A stretch of DNA of 64,000 nucleotides from Candidatus Latescibacterota bacterium (GCA_965208105.1 OZ242318.1:960001-1024000); one strand, 5' to 3'. Positions 33,244-43,697 are shown, numbered from the stretch's first letter. Translations and numbers: made by a program. The notes: generated by a model not told the origin, from the sequence alone.

Positions 33244-34122
33244 ATGATCACACCGCAGCAGAAGTCCCGCTTCTACGACTTTGGGTTCATCCGCTTGAGG
33301 CAGCTGTTTTCCGCCGAGGAGATGGAGTCACTCAGCCACGAAGTGGACAGGCTGTTCGCGGAGCAGAGGGGAGGTGGACCGCCGGGAGAGAACCAGGGCG
33401 TTGAGGACATTATAGAGAAGAGCCCTGTGGCGACGCGGATGCTCATCGACGACCGGATATTCGGCACGGTCGAGGAGCTGCTGGGACCGCGTTTTGTCTG
33501 GAACGGGTCTGGCGGCAGCCTGTCCTATACGGGGGTAACCGGTACGGGCGAGCATCGATGGCACTCGGATCGACCCGGCGAGCCTCACTGCACTACCTAC
33601 AGTTTCCACCTCTACCTGGAGAGGCTCAGGGGCGACACCGGGGCGCTTCGTGTCATTCCGGGATCACACAAGCCCTCCCTTTATGACGACCTCCTTCCGC
33701 TCAACGAGCAGGAAGAGGACACCACTCGAAAGGTCTACGGGCTCAGCCCCACGGATATCCCGGGTGTTGTCGTTGAATCCGACCCGGGTGATATCGTCTT
33801 CTTCACCCAGAAGATCTACCACGGGGTGTACGGCATGCAGCCCGGCCGGCGCTATCTCAAGCTGCGTTTCGCCGCATGGCCGGAGACGGACGAAGAGATC
33901 GCGTCCTTCATGCGGTACAACCACAGGGGCAGCATCTACGATCCCGTCGAGCCCTTTGCAAGCAGCGACAACCCCCGCATCAGGGCCATGATCGAGCCGC
34001 TCGCGGAACTGAAGGCCAGGACCGAGGCCGAGCGGGAACATTTCGACGCCCTCGGCGCGCGCCAGTCGTACGCAGAACGGTACGAGATGGCGAAGCAGCG
34101 ATACGAGCCCGTCTTCCGCTGA
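33244..34122 (+). CDS. PhyH-family 2OG-Fe(II) dioxygenase
   Basis: FYDFGFIRLRQLFS, WHSD, GALRVIPGSH, PGDIVFF...YHG. Confidence 0.88.
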   Translation: MITPQQKSRFYDFGFIRLRQLFSAEEMESLSHEVDRLFAEQRGGGPPGENQGVEDIIEKSPVATRMLIDDRIFGTVEELLGPRFVWNGSGGSLSYTGVTGTGEHRWHSDRPGEPHCTTYSFHLYLERLRGDTGALRVIPGSHKPSLYDDLLPLNEQEEDTTRKVYGLSPTDIPGVVVESDPGDIVFFTQKIYHGVYGMQPGRRYLKLRFAAWPETDEEIASFMRYNHRGSIYDPVEPFASSDNPRIRAMIEPLAELKARTEAEREHFDALGARQSYAERYEMAKQRYEPVFR

Positions 34123-34149
34123 CCCGGGGACGAATCGACAGCTCTGCTC

Positions 34150-35616
34150 CTATCTGAACCTCAGGGAGTAGAGATATGCGTCCTTCATCACGAAGCGCAA
34201 GCGGACCGGCTTGCCAGCGAGCGGTCCCACATCCTGGTTCCCCTTCCAGGTGACGACCCGCTCGATCTCATTTCCTATGAGTTGGTCCGAGTCGCCGAGG
34301 GCATAGCCGGTAATCGGCCGGCCACCTGGACTCTGGATTTCCACCCGGAGGCCCCCGGGAGCAGAGGTCGAGAAGTTTACCACCAGTTCGCTTCCACTGA
34401 ATCTCAGAGTTCGGGTCAGAAACTCTCCGCCCCCAAAAGGTGCATTTACCGACACCAGGCCGTCTGTTCTCAGCGTGTATCGCCTGAGCTCGTGGCCAGG
34501 TTGGCCGTACCTGTGCTGGACGTAGAGGGAGATTTCCTCAGTTCCTGTGGGGACCAGATTCAGCGCAGGGTAGTTGGTACGGGATGTCCAGTTTTGCAGA
34601 CCGATGCCCGGGCGCATGAAAGCCTCCAGGAAGGTACGCTGGTAGCGGGTTCCGCCCCGGCTCGTGAGAAGGACAGCATCCGAGCAGTCGTGGAAATACT
34701 TGGGGTCAACCTGGAGCTTCTGCGCCTGCTCTTCACTCACCACCTGGCGGTCTGGCAGGAAACGCGCAGCCACGCCGAGGTAGATGTGGGGAGCCCGGAA
34801 GTAGGGGCTGGTCTGATTGGTGTAGATGTGCTCCAGCGGATCGTCCCTGGGGTCCATCATCTGAACCGGAGTCCAGTTGAGGAAATCCTCGGAGGTGGTA
34901 CGACCGACCCAGCGCACGTTCCCTGTCCAACCCTCGTAGTGGGGAGGTTCCTTCGGATCCTTTCTCCACGCCCGAACGTAGCAGACGTAGCAACCTTCGT
35001 GTGGCGACCAGAAGGCCGGGCTGGGAGTGGTGTCGGTGAATTCGTGGAGCGAGGAACCGATCAGTGGTTCCTGCTGGATCATACTCCATCGGATCCCGTC
35101 CGCGGAGGTGAAGCCCAGGAGGCCGTTGCTGAAGCGCTGCTCCTCGGATATGGGGAACATGCCCCCCAGTCCCTTGTATCTCTGGGAGGAAGGAATCCCT
35201 GGTCGAGTGTCCAGGAACGCGATGAAGTTGTGGGGTACGGGCGCATACTCGGAGTCCAGAACGACGTTGTTCTTCCGCGTCCCTGCGACCTCGAACAGTC
35301 CCAGATCGGGCTTCTCCCAGTGGATCCCGTCACGGCTCTCGGCGTAACAGGTCACCTCGTCAAGGCTTCCGTCCGGCCTGGCGATGGGTATTCCCCGGTA
35401 GTACATCCGGTAAATGTCGCCGTCGTGGAGGACGGTCACGTAGCCACAGAAGGCACCCTCCCAGGGCCGATCGAACCTCAGGGCCACTTCTGCCGGACGA
35501 GGGTGGTGGAGGACTAGCCGAGTCCCAAGCAGCTCGTCTACCAGGAAGTCATCAACGAACAGCTCCAATCGGGAGCCGATGTCCAGGGAATCCTCGCCGC
35601 TGGTCTGCTTTGCCAA
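34150..35616 (-). CDS. Beta-propeller glycoside-hydrolase-like protein, paralog 6 (subtype B)
   Basis: LELFVDDFL, RPWEG, CYAESRDGIHWEKPDLGL, TSADGIRW, LRTDGLVS, LRFVMKDAYLYSLRF. Confidence 0.8.
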   Translation of the reverse strand: MAKQTSGEDSLDIGSRLELFVDDFLVDELLGTRLVLHHPRPAEVALRFDRPWEGAFCGYVTVLHDGDIYRMYYRGIPIARPDGSLDEVTCYAESRDGIHWEKPDLGLFEVAGTRKNNVVLDSEYAPVPHNFIAFLDTRPGIPSSQRYKGLGGMFPISEEQRFSNGLLGFTSADGIRWSMIQQEPLIGSSLHEFTDTTPSPAFWSPHEGCYVCYVRAWRKDPKEPPHYEGWTGNVRWVGRTTSEDFLNWTPVQMMDPRDDPLEHIYTNQTSPYFRAPHIYLGVAARFLPDRQVVSEEQAQKLQVDPKYFHDCSDAVLLTSRGGTRYQRTFLEAFMRPGIGLQNWTSRTNYPALNLVPTGTEEISLYVQHRYGQPGHELRRYTLRTDGLVSVNAPFGGGEFLTRTLRFSGSELVVNFSTSAPGGLRVEIQSPGGRPITGYALGDSDQLIGNEIERVVTWKGNQDVGPLAGKPVRLRFVMKDAYLYSLRFR

Positions 35617-35687
35617 GACGTTCTCCGTTGCCCCAGTAGTCGCGATTGTATTCGTTGTGGTTGGAATAAATCAGAACGCCGGAATGT

Positions 35688-37112
35688 TCAGCACCGGCTG
35701 GAGGCAAACTGGAAGCTGTACAGTTGGGCATCCTTGAGGTAGAAACGCAACCGCACCGGTTTGCCCCGCAGTGTAGCCAACGATGCGTCTCCTCGCCATT
35801 CTACTGAATGCCGTACGCTGTCCCCGCTGAAAGGCACACACTCAGCCTTACCTAGTTCGGCAAAGGGCGAGCCATCCAGGTCCAGGACTTCGACCCTCAA
35901 CACACCCTGGCCGGCCTGGGCATTCACGACCAACGCATCCCCACCCGCAACCAGCGGTCGAGTCGTCAACCGCCCCTCATCCGGCCCGGCATCGACCGAG
36001 ACAAAGCCGTCCAGACGCAGCCTTCCCAGTCCGAGGGCACCACCTCGCCGTGGTTCGTCGCTGCCCCACGGTTCGCAGTACCAGTAAGAACCGTGGTCGC
36101 CATCATGGCCATCGTAGTAAATGTATATCTCATCGCCCACTATCACGGGCCGGCTGGCGGCATGCAGGTAAGCACCATCGAAACTCTCCTGGGGTCCGAT
36201 AGGGATCAGCGGCATACGGCTGAAGGCTCGCTCCCAGTGGATGCTGTCGCGGCTGTGTACCAGTTGCGCATGGATGCCGCCGTAATGGGTGCCGCCGGGC
36301 ACTTTGCCCGTCACGCGAAACGCCCACAGCAGTCCCAGGTACATGCCGGCATACGGAAAACCGCACATGCCGTAAAACTGGGTGTGATGGCCGGGGCGAC
36401 CCAGGGTCCAGCCTTCATCCTCGTCGTCAGGCCGCAGTATGAGTTGTGGATCGCTCCAATGCACGAAATCCTGGCTGGTCCCGCGTCCTACAAGCCGGCG
36501 CCGGTAACCCTCGTATTCTTCGTTCACCTTGGCGAAACTGATGTATTGCCCGGCTAGTTCATCGTAGATGGTCGGCGCCACGTCGCCACTGATGCGCCAC
36601 ACCGGGTTGTCTGGATAGTCCGTCCAGTGAATGCCATCGGCTGAGAAGGCGACCTGGTAACCGCCCGTGTCCCAGGCGAGCATCTTGTAGCGTCGGCGAT
36701 CATCCGGCTCCTGGTGTGGGGGCACGTAGACGACGCTCTGCAACCAGCGCCCACTGTCAAATATGTTGTTGGCCAGCGAACCTTTGTAGGGAATCAACCC
36801 CAGATCGGGTTTGTCCCAGTCGATACCGTTGGGGGAGGTTGCATAACACGACTGAACCGTGTACCGCGACTTGGCGCCAGGACGGCTGCGGGCATCCTGA
36901 TTGTCGCCGGCAACATACCAGGCCTTGAAGAGGCTCTCCGCCGCGTCCCAGATCACGGTGGTGTACTCAATGGAAGTGCCTTCCGGCCCAGGACGCAAAA
37001 CCGGGTTGTCGGGATGTTTCCGGACGGCGTGCAAGGACCGCGTGAGTCCCTCTATCTCCTCGACGACGTAGTCATCCACGAACAATTGTGGGATTTGATC
37101 GATGTGCAGCAT
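35688..37112 (-). CDS. Beta-propeller glycoside-hydrolase-like protein, paralog 7 (subtype B)
   Basis: PQLFVDDY, KHPDNPVL, YATSPNGIDWDKPDLGL, FSADGIHW, HSRDSIHW, LRLDGFVS, DAQLYSF. Confidence 0.8.
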   Translation of the reverse strand: MLHIDQIPQLFVDDYVVEEIEGLTRSLHAVRKHPDNPVLRPGPEGTSIEYTTVIWDAAESLFKAWYVAGDNQDARSRPGAKSRYTVQSCYATSPNGIDWDKPDLGLIPYKGSLANNIFDSGRWLQSVVYVPPHQEPDDRRRYKMLAWDTGGYQVAFSADGIHWTDYPDNPVWRISGDVAPTIYDELAGQYISFAKVNEEYEGYRRRLVGRGTSQDFVHWSDPQLILRPDDEDEGWTLGRPGHHTQFYGMCGFPYAGMYLGLLWAFRVTGKVPGGTHYGGIHAQLVHSRDSIHWERAFSRMPLIPIGPQESFDGAYLHAASRPVIVGDEIYIYYDGHDGDHGSYWYCEPWGSDEPRRGGALGLGRLRLDGFVSVDAGPDEGRLTTRPLVAGGDALVVNAQAGQGVLRVEVLDLDGSPFAELGKAECVPFSGDSVRHSVEWRGDASLATLRGKPVRLRFYLKDAQLYSFQFASSRC

Positions 37113-37484
37113 TTGGGTTGAGGAACTCCTGCGGTTCAATGAGGAGCGGATTCTGCGGGACGGGTTCAACCTGGATTTCCACGGTCGGCACCACAGGGTG
37201 ATAAGAAGGCCACACCAATCCTGGCTGCGCAAATCATTTTTATTGGGAATCGCCAGCTTGAAGTATAGAAACGGCATTATCACTAATAGCGGCAAGTAGG
37301 CGAATTCGTGGCGGGCGATTTATTGGGTCGTTAGGCGGCCGGCGCCCAAGAGAAGCAGGGATTGCCCGCGCTGAGCAATCACACGATATTTCCGGGACGT
37401 CTGTCCGCGGGCCGGACGCCGATAATACGACAGTCTGAATCGAGGAAGTCAGGAAGTCCACAACCTGTTTGAATAGGCCACGTC

Positions 37485-38372
37485 ATGGAATCTCGCACGC
37501 TCGGAAACACAGACCTGGAAGTTACGCGACTCGCATTCGGCGGTGCGCGGATCGGTTTCGAAGACGTAAGGGAGGAGCAAGTCGATGAGCTCTTGAACGG
37601 CTTCCTGGACGCCGGTGCGACGTTACTCGACACGGCGGCATGCTACGGCGAGTCGGAAGAACTGATCGGGAGATTCGTCAGTGGTCGACGGGATGAATTC
37701 GTCCTCGCCTCGAAGTGCGGCCACGTCACCGGAGACGCTACCGGTGAACCGTGGACGGCGGGTCTCATTCGAGAAAGCATCGACCGCTCGCTCGTCCGGA
37801 TGAAAACGGACCGGATCGACCTGATGCAGCTGCACAGTTGTTCCCTCGACGTCCTGAAGGCAGGCGAGGCGGTAGAAGCCGTTCTCACAGCGAAAGAAGA
37901 GGGTAAGGTCCGTTACGTTGGTTACAGCGGTGACGGAGAGGATGCCCTCGAGGCGATCCGAATGGGCGTCTTCTCGACCCTTCAGACTTCCTTTAACCTC
38001 GTCGACCAGAAGGCGCGATACGAGATTCTTCCCGCAGCCATGGAAGCGGGAATGGGCGTAATCGCCAAACGACCGATCGCCAACGGCGCCTTCGGGAAAT
38101 CGGCGTCTCCGTACAGCTACGCCGACGCCTATTGGGACCGCTCCAGGCAGATCACCCTACCTGACGGCGCCCCGGAAAGCGGCATCGAACTGGCGCTGCG
38201 CTTCACCCTCTCCAACGACGCAATCGACACCGCCATCGTGGGAACGACCAGGTTGGAAAACGCCAAAGCGAACATTGAAGCGGCATCCGCCGGGCCGCTT
38301 CCCGAAGAGGTCGTCGATTCGCTTCTGTCCCAGTTCGACGAACTCGGCGCCGACTGGAATCAGCGGACGTGA
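37485..38372 (+). CDS. Aldo/keto reductase
   Basis: RTLGNTDLEVTRLAFG, LDTAACYGESEE, LASKCG, DRIDLMQLH, GVIAKRP. Confidence 0.92.
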   Translation: MESRTLGNTDLEVTRLAFGGARIGFEDVREEQVDELLNGFLDAGATLLDTAACYGESEELIGRFVSGRRDEFVLASKCGHVTGDATGEPWTAGLIRESIDRSLVRMKTDRIDLMQLHSCSLDVLKAGEAVEAVLTAKEEGKVRYVGYSGDGEDALEAIRMGVFSTLQTSFNLVDQKARYEILPAAMEAGMGVIAKRPIANGAFGKSASPYSYADAYWDRSRQITLPDGAPESGIELALRFTLSNDAIDTAIVGTTRLENAKANIEAASAGPLPEEVVDSLLSQFDELGADWNQRT

Positions 38373-38431
38373 TGACAACGGGCACGAGCCGGCTGCTTCG
38401 AATCCGCAAATAGCGCACCGCAACCTGATCC

Positions 38432-39127
38432 GTGCAGATCCTACCCGACATCTACCTCCTCGACGGTTTCGCCTACGCAAACCACCCGAATTTCTATCTC
38501 GTGGTCGGGCCGGAAGGCAACGTCATAGTAGATGCGGGAACGCTCCCCGAAGAGCTCGAACGTGCCGATGCACGCGCCGGGACCTGGGGCATCTCGCTCG
38601 ACCAGGTAGGCGGGCTCCTGCTGACCCACAGCCATTACGATCACATTGGGAATGCCGCCGCGATTCGAGAGCGAGGCGCTGCGGTCTTTGCGGGTCCGAG
38701 CGACGCGGAGGGCATCGAACTCTCCGACAATCGAACGGTCCCATACGCAGCGGGATTCGACCTACTGCCCTGCAAGGTCGATCACGTGGTCTCGGACGGC
38801 GAGAGTATCGACATCTGCGGACTGCGCTTCGACGTCATTCACGCGCCCGGTCACACGGACGGATGCATCATCTATCAGCTGGAGCACCGGGGCAAAATCG
38901 TCTGGTTCGTCGGCGACGTCGTAATGTCGAAGGACACCGCATTCACTCCGGAGCTCGGATGGCAGGGAGGCGAGGACTGCGACAAACCGACGTATATTGC
39001 GTCGCTCAAGAAACTCGCGGCCATGGAGGTGGACTGCATTCTGGCAGGACACTACTTGCCGTATCTCGAGCAGGGGAAACGGTTGGTCGGACGGGCGTAT
39101 GTGAAGGCGCTGTGTGAGTGGCGATAA
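38432..39127 (+). CDS. MBL-fold metallo-hydrolase
   Basis: VDAG, THSHYDHIG, PGHTDG, FVGD, LAGH. Confidence 0.88.
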   Translation: MQILPDIYLLDGFAYANHPNFYLVVGPEGNVIVDAGTLPEELERADARAGTWGISLDQVGGLLLTHSHYDHIGNAAAIRERGAAVFAGPSDAEGIELSDNRTVPYAAGFDLLPCKVDHVVSDGESIDICGLRFDVIHAPGHTDGCIIYQLEHRGKIVWFVGDVVMSKDTAFTPELGWQGGEDCDKPTYIASLKKLAAMEVDCILAGHYLPYLEQGKRLVGRAYVKALCEWR

Positions 39128-39152
39128 TGGCGGGAGGGGTTGATTGACGGCG

Positions 39153-39916
39153 TCAGCCGCCCAGAGTCTGAATCCGGCCAGGGGAACTCTTGCGCCAGTC
39201 TTCCCAGCTTGCACCCGAGCCTTTTCCCTGCACAACAAGAGACGGCTTTTTCGACTTCCTCATTTTTTCCGCCAGGAATTTCTCCGCCTCCCTCTCCTCA
39301 TCGGATAGGATTCGGCAGGCCGGGTTTGCCATGAACCGGATGTCTACATTCCATCGGGCCCTCTGGGTACGGTTTTCTCTGGAGGAGTGAAATGTGAGAT
39401 TGTGAAACAGGAGGATGTCCCGGGTCTTCATCGGAATCGAGATTGGTTCGCCGCGTTTTTCCACGTTCTCTCGTGTCCTCATCTTCTGCTCGTGGTCTCT
39501 GGCGCCATGTAGTAATCCCCACCGATGGCTGCCGGGGATGATCCAAAGGCAACCGTTCGATTCGTCCACGTCCACAAGGGGAATCCAAACCGTAACGATG
39601 TCCAGATGCTGCGTGATCTCCCCATAGTACTGGGTATCCTGATGCCAGGGCAGGTTGCTCAACTCGTCATGAAACCGCGCGGGCTGTTTGCAACGCAGCT
39701 GACAGCCTCCGTTGAACAGAATCTCTGGACCCACCAGAGGCGAAAGCACATTCAAGAGGCGTGGACTGGTGACGATCGAATGGAGTTCCGGACCGAAGAA
39801 ATAGTCAGCCGGTCCGCACATCTGATCAGGACCGAGAGATCCTCCGGTTCCAGCGCCTGGGGAACCTTCAGGTATCCATTGGACTCGAATTCGGACTTGA
39901 GGTCCGGTGGCATCAT
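39153..39916 (-). pseudogene. PhyH-family dioxygenase broken by frameshift or internal deletion
   Basis: N-terminus MMPPDLKSEFESNGYLKVPQALEPEDL is in one frame. The core (LPWHQDTQYY, VTVWIPLVD, GCLWIIPGSH, TFHSS, RWNVDIRF) is in another. The switch is near 39810-39830. Confidence 0.75.
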
Positions 39917-39983
39917 CGGGTTCTCTTTGGCGCAACAGCGTGCGCCGCGTGCGACAGGCAGCAGACCACCCATCCAGGACGAT

Positions 39984-40967
39984 TCAGGTGTCCACCCGGT
40001 ATAGCGGTTCCAGGCCGTCGGCAATCCGGTCGAGATTTTCTGCCACAATAAGGGCCCGATTGCGGATAGTGCCGTCCGTGCAACCCGCGATGTGTGGTGT
40101 GACCAGCAGATTGGGTAATCGAAAGGCCGGATGGTTCGGATCAGGCGGTTCCTCGGCAAATACGTCCAGGCCGGCTCCCGCAATCTTTCCATCCGCCAGC
40201 GCCTCGAACAATGCGCCCTGATCGACCAGCCCGCCGCGGCCCACGTTGATCAAATACGCATCCTGCTTCATCAACCCGATCCGTCTCGCGCTCATGATCT
40301 GTCGAGTGTTGTCGTTGAGAGCAAGGTGCAGCGAGACGAAATCACATTCGCCGATGACCTGGTCCAAATCGTCCATGGTGCCGGAGAAGACCACAGAAAT
40401 TTCCTCGATCACTTCTCGCTTGATCGGGCTGCGATTGATGGTGTGGATCTCCATGTCGAATGAGCGGGCCCGGCGCGCCAATGCCTGTCCGCTGGCCCCG
40501 AAGCCGATGATGCCCAGCTTGAGCTCGGCCAGTTCCTTGCCCACCGGTTGCCACCATGCTTTCGAGTTGAAAAAGTTATCCTGACAGCCGTTGTAGTCTC
40601 GCGTCAGCATTAGAATGAACATCATGGCGCATTCTGCCAGCGCCTTGCTGGAGGTATCACCCGGACAATTGCATGTGGGGATACCCTTGGCCTTCAGAGC
40701 CGTCAACGGGACCTCATCGAAACCCGTCTTGACAACCTGCCAGAGTTTCAGATCCGTGGCGGCCTCGACCATCTGCTGGCTGTTCTCTATCAACTCGTCA
40801 TCGATCACCGCGTCCATCCCTTTGATCTGGTCCGCAGCGGGCTGTGACGGATCGAAGAACCGGAGATCATGACGATGACGTAATGCCTTCTCAATGTACG
40901 GGGCCAAAGGGAAGTAGTGATCTTTGTTGTTCCGGTCGGCCAAATAGAGAACGTTCATGCTACCCAT
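39984..40967 (-). CDS. D-isomer-specific 2-hydroxyacid dehydrogenase family protein
   Basis: LGIIGFGASG, DFVSLHL, LINVGRG, GAGLDVFAEEP, VTPHIAG. Confidence 0.9.
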   Translation of the reverse strand: MGSMNVLYLADRNNKDHYFPLAPYIEKALRHRHDLRFFDPSQPAADQIKGMDAVIDDELIENSQQMVEAATDLKLWQVVKTGFDEVPLTALKAKGIPTCNCPGDTSSKALAECAMMFILMLTRDYNGCQDNFFNSKAWWQPVGKELAELKLGIIGFGASGQALARRARSFDMEIHTINRSPIKREVIEEISVVFSGTMDDLDQVIGECDFVSLHLALNDNTRQIMSARRIGLMKQDAYLINVGRGGLVDQGALFEALADGKIAGAGLDVFAEEPPDPNHPAFRLPNLLVTPHIAGCTDGTIRNRALIVAENLDRIADGLEPLYRVDT

Positions 40968-41116
40968 CGTTTCATCGTCTTTCTATTGAGATGCCATTCA
41001 GTTGGTTACACGCCGGGAATTGCCACGTTCAGCTCGGCCGCGATCTCCGCATCGTGAGCTGGGAGACCTATCCCCGCAAGGATGCCGCAACCGAATGAAC
41101 TGACCTGCCCCCACGA

Positions 41117-41992
41117 ATGGTGCCAAACATTAAGTTAGTGCTGGCATCACAAGTGGTCCATCCCACTTCCTCCGACATCTTTACCTACGGACTCTGCGAA
41201 CCGCATGGACCGCAAAACACGGTCGGACTGGATGCGCTGAAGGCACATGCAATCGCTTGCCGTGCAGCCCATGCGCACGGCGGCATCGTCGCACCGCCCG
41301 ACTATTGGCACATCCATGAACAGGGCACGTATGCGAATTGGGCATACCGGAATGTCGGCGAAGCACGGAGCTGGCTCACCGCCATGCCAGCATGGCAACA
41401 TTTCAAAAATGTCTGCTATCACGTCCGCGCCGCCGATGCCCTCGGATTCCACGCAGCCATCTTCCTCACCGGACACAACGGACCGAATTGGCAGGACCTC
41501 AAGACCCTCCTGTCTTTGGTCCAACCGCACTTCGCCATGCGGCTTTACGGACTTCCTGACTTCGAGGCGAATACGCCGGGGTTTGACCGTCAGGGTAACG
41601 GCGGCGATCATGCGGGCAGAGTCGAGACCTCACTCCTCTGGGCATTGGACCCGGAATGCGTTGACATGTCGCGAATGCCTGCAGCGGACGCAGAAGGTCC
41701 ACACTTTGCGATGGGCGCAAACGCCGTCGACTCAGACCGGCGCATTGGCGAGCGCATGGTGAACGACGAAGTTGCATGGCTCGGGAAAAAGATGCAGGAA
41801 CTATTGGAGGTTTACGCACAGCAAAACACTACCGAACGCCAATCTGTAACTTTCGAGGAAGTCGAGCAGATTTGGACAAAGACCGTATCACCCGCATTGA
41901 AGACCTTTGAGACAATGAAAAATCCGGACGAATCGCCACCCGAAGATTCACAATGGTTCCGACAGTGCGAACTTCCTATTTCCGCAATGTAG
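41117..41992 (+). CDS. Creatininase-family amidohydrolase, native N-terminus probably lost
   Basis: GLCEPHGPQ..GLDALKAH, LTGHNG, GDHAGRVETS. Residues before FTYG look unrelated and there is no RBS. Confidence 0.72.
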   Translation: MVPNIKLVLASQVVHPTSSDIFTYGLCEPHGPQNTVGLDALKAHAIACRAAHAHGGIVAPPDYWHIHEQGTYANWAYRNVGEARSWLTAMPAWQHFKNVCYHVRAADALGFHAAIFLTGHNGPNWQDLKTLLSLVQPHFAMRLYGLPDFEANTPGFDRQGNGGDHAGRVETSLLWALDPECVDMSRMPAADAEGPHFAMGANAVDSDRRIGERMVNDEVAWLGKKMQELLEVYAQQNTTERQSVTFEEVEQIWTKTVSPALKTFETMKNPDESPPEDSQWFRQCELPISAM

Positions 41993-42129
41993 TTGGAGCA
42001 AACGCTTTTTGACCCGCCGACCGCTACTCCAACATCACACCCTTCACCATCGGACCAATCGTCGTCTTTCCTTCCTCGTGGATGTAGCGTTCTTCCCCGG
42101 CAACGGGCATCCGATTCTGCACGGCTGAT

Positions 42130-43386
42130 TTACAGCAGATCGTAGGGGATGACGACTATTTCGTCGCGGAGCTGGAAGACCTCTTCTACGGGGGCGACTA
42201 TGATTCCAGGGCCGTGGCGCAGAGCCGGATACGTCTCTCGGAATGCCGTGATGCCGCGCGCATCTGCTTGGGTAATGCGTGCGCTGCTCTTGATTTCCAC
42301 GGGCCAGAAGATCCCATCTCGCTCCAGCAGCAAATCGACCTCGGCACCAGCGAGGGTGCGCCAGTGATACACTTGGGGGGGCATGGTCAGGCAGTGGAAT
42401 TTCCAGTGGATGTCCAGCACTACGTGCGTCTCGAAAAGCGGCCCTAACAGGGGATGGCCAGAAAGGGCCTCGGGCGAGGAAATTCTCTGGAGGAAGGAGG
42501 CTAATCCCGTGTCGGTCAGATACCCTTTGGGTTTGGCGCTGATCCGTTTGATCGTGTTGCCGTGGTAGGGCGGCAGTTCCAGCCACTGGTAGGTCGCCTT
42601 GAGGATGTTCAGCCAGCGCGAGGCCGTCTGCGGGGTAACGCCGATTTCGCGGCCGAACTGACTGTGATTGACCTCCTGCGCCGTCAATGCGGCGCACAGA
42701 CCCAGCAGGCGCGAGAACTGCTGCTGGTCTTGGACACTGGCCAGGCTGCGCACATCGCGCTCAATGTATGTCCGCACGTAGGATTGCATGATATCGACAA
42801 TGACATCCGGCGCTTGATCCAGCGTCCGGGGATAGCCGCCGCGCCACAGCACCTCGAATGCGGTCCGCAGCGGCGCGACGCACGGCACTCGTGCTTGCTG
42901 GTGCAAGTCCGGCAGGTAACCACCGGCCTCCAACAGAATTTCTGACCACACAGGCTCGGCGCGGGTGCCCCACCCCTGGCGTTCACTCAGGGTCAAAGGG
43001 CCTAAATCGAGGACGACGGCCCGGCCGGCCAGACTCTCGCTCACATCGCGGAGTAGTGCCAAGTTCTGCGAGCCGGTGAGGAAGTACTGGCCGGGCGCAT
43101 CGTCGCGATCGACGCGGCGTTTGATAATTGCCAGCAGCTCGGGCGCGTACTGGATTTCGTCCAAGATGACAGGGGGTGGGTGCTGAGCGATGAAAAATTC
43201 CGGGTCTTGACGGGCATTGCCGACGTCAATCACCGGATCAAAGGTAATGTGCGGCATGTCGGGACCGCACAGATGGCCAAGCAGGGTACTCTTGCCGACC
43301 TGGCGAGCTCCGGTCACCAGCAGGACGGGAAAAATTTCTTTATAGCGAAGAATTTTGGTCTCTAAGTGGCGATTTCTATAATTCAT
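42130..43386 (-). CDS. AAA_14 ATPase plus DUF4143 (PD-(D/E)XK-like) protein, paralog 1
   Basis: Walker A GARQVGKST, Walker B ILDEIQ, LTGSQ, ESLAGR, GGYP, TYIERDV, DTGL, FET, EVDLLLE...VEIK. Confidence 0.92.
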   Translation of the reverse strand: MNYRNRHLETKILRYKEIFPVLLVTGARQVGKSTLLGHLCGPDMPHITFDPVIDVGNARQDPEFFIAQHPPPVILDEIQYAPELLAIIKRRVDRDDAPGQYFLTGSQNLALLRDVSESLAGRAVVLDLGPLTLSERQGWGTRAEPVWSEILLEAGGYLPDLHQQARVPCVAPLRTAFEVLWRGGYPRTLDQAPDVIVDIMQSYVRTYIERDVRSLASVQDQQQFSRLLGLCAALTAQEVNHSQFGREIGVTPQTASRWLNILKATYQWLELPPYHGNTIKRISAKPKGYLTDTGLASFLQRISSPEALSGHPLLGPLFETHVVLDIHWKFHCLTMPPQVYHWRTLAGAEVDLLLERDGIFWPVEIKSSARITQADARGITAFRETYPALRHGPGIIVAPVEEVFQLRDEIVVIPYDLL

Positions 43387-43423
43387 CCTTGTAAATTAAT
43401 GATGCGATCATCAGTTTACAAGG
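43387..43423. promoter_or_regulatory. 35-37 bp palindrome abutting the start of AAA/DUF4143 paralog 1
   Basis: CCTTGTAAATTAATGAT-gcg-ATCATCAGTTTACAAGG. The minus strand reads TTGTAA-N17-TAATTT-N6-ATG. Confidence 0.8.
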
Positions 43424-43458
43424 AAAACAACTATTCAAACAGACGAAGAGGACGCATC

Positions 43459-43628
43459 TTGAAAAACCACCAGAGCTTGTTCAGTACCGCGCTTATAGCA
43501 TTCCTATTGACCGTCCACCCGACGTTTGGCGCTACGGACGCTCCCAGCGACGCTTACTTTGCTCTCGACCGCGTGCTCGACGTGCACATTGAGATATCCC
43601 CCGAGGATTGGGACCGCCTGTGGCGGGC
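43459..43628 (+). pseudogene. N-terminal relic of a secreted CotH-like protein, cut at the IS-end repeat
   Basis: Signal-peptide-like KNHQSLFSTALIAFLLTVHPTFG, then YFALDRVLDVHIEISPEDWDRL, then the repeat begins. Confidence 0.5.
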
Positions 43629-43697
43629 GCCTGACCCTGGCGGTGCGCTCAGCACCTTGACCGAGAGTCCAAATAGGTCCTCATTTTACCTATACTT
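43629..43697 (+). repeat. IS-end-like dispersed repeat, copy 1
   Basis: GCCTGACCCTGGCGGTGCGCTCAGCACCTTGACCGAGAGTCCAAATAGGTCCTCATTTTACCTATACTT, nearly identical to 58193-58260. Confidence 0.9.

Noticed and set aside
37255-37340. GTTAGGC (attC-like core) and AAGTATAGAAA (resembling an inverted copy of the repeat end) in an AT-rich spacer
   Set aside because: No matching GCCTAAC arm, and the similarity to the repeat is only about 10 bp, within chance.
41100-41180. Inverted N-terminus of the creatininase gene (minus strand reads MSEEVGW...)
   Set aside because: Only about 7 residues resemble a plausible start and there are no flanking inverted repeats or recombinase, so chance is likely.
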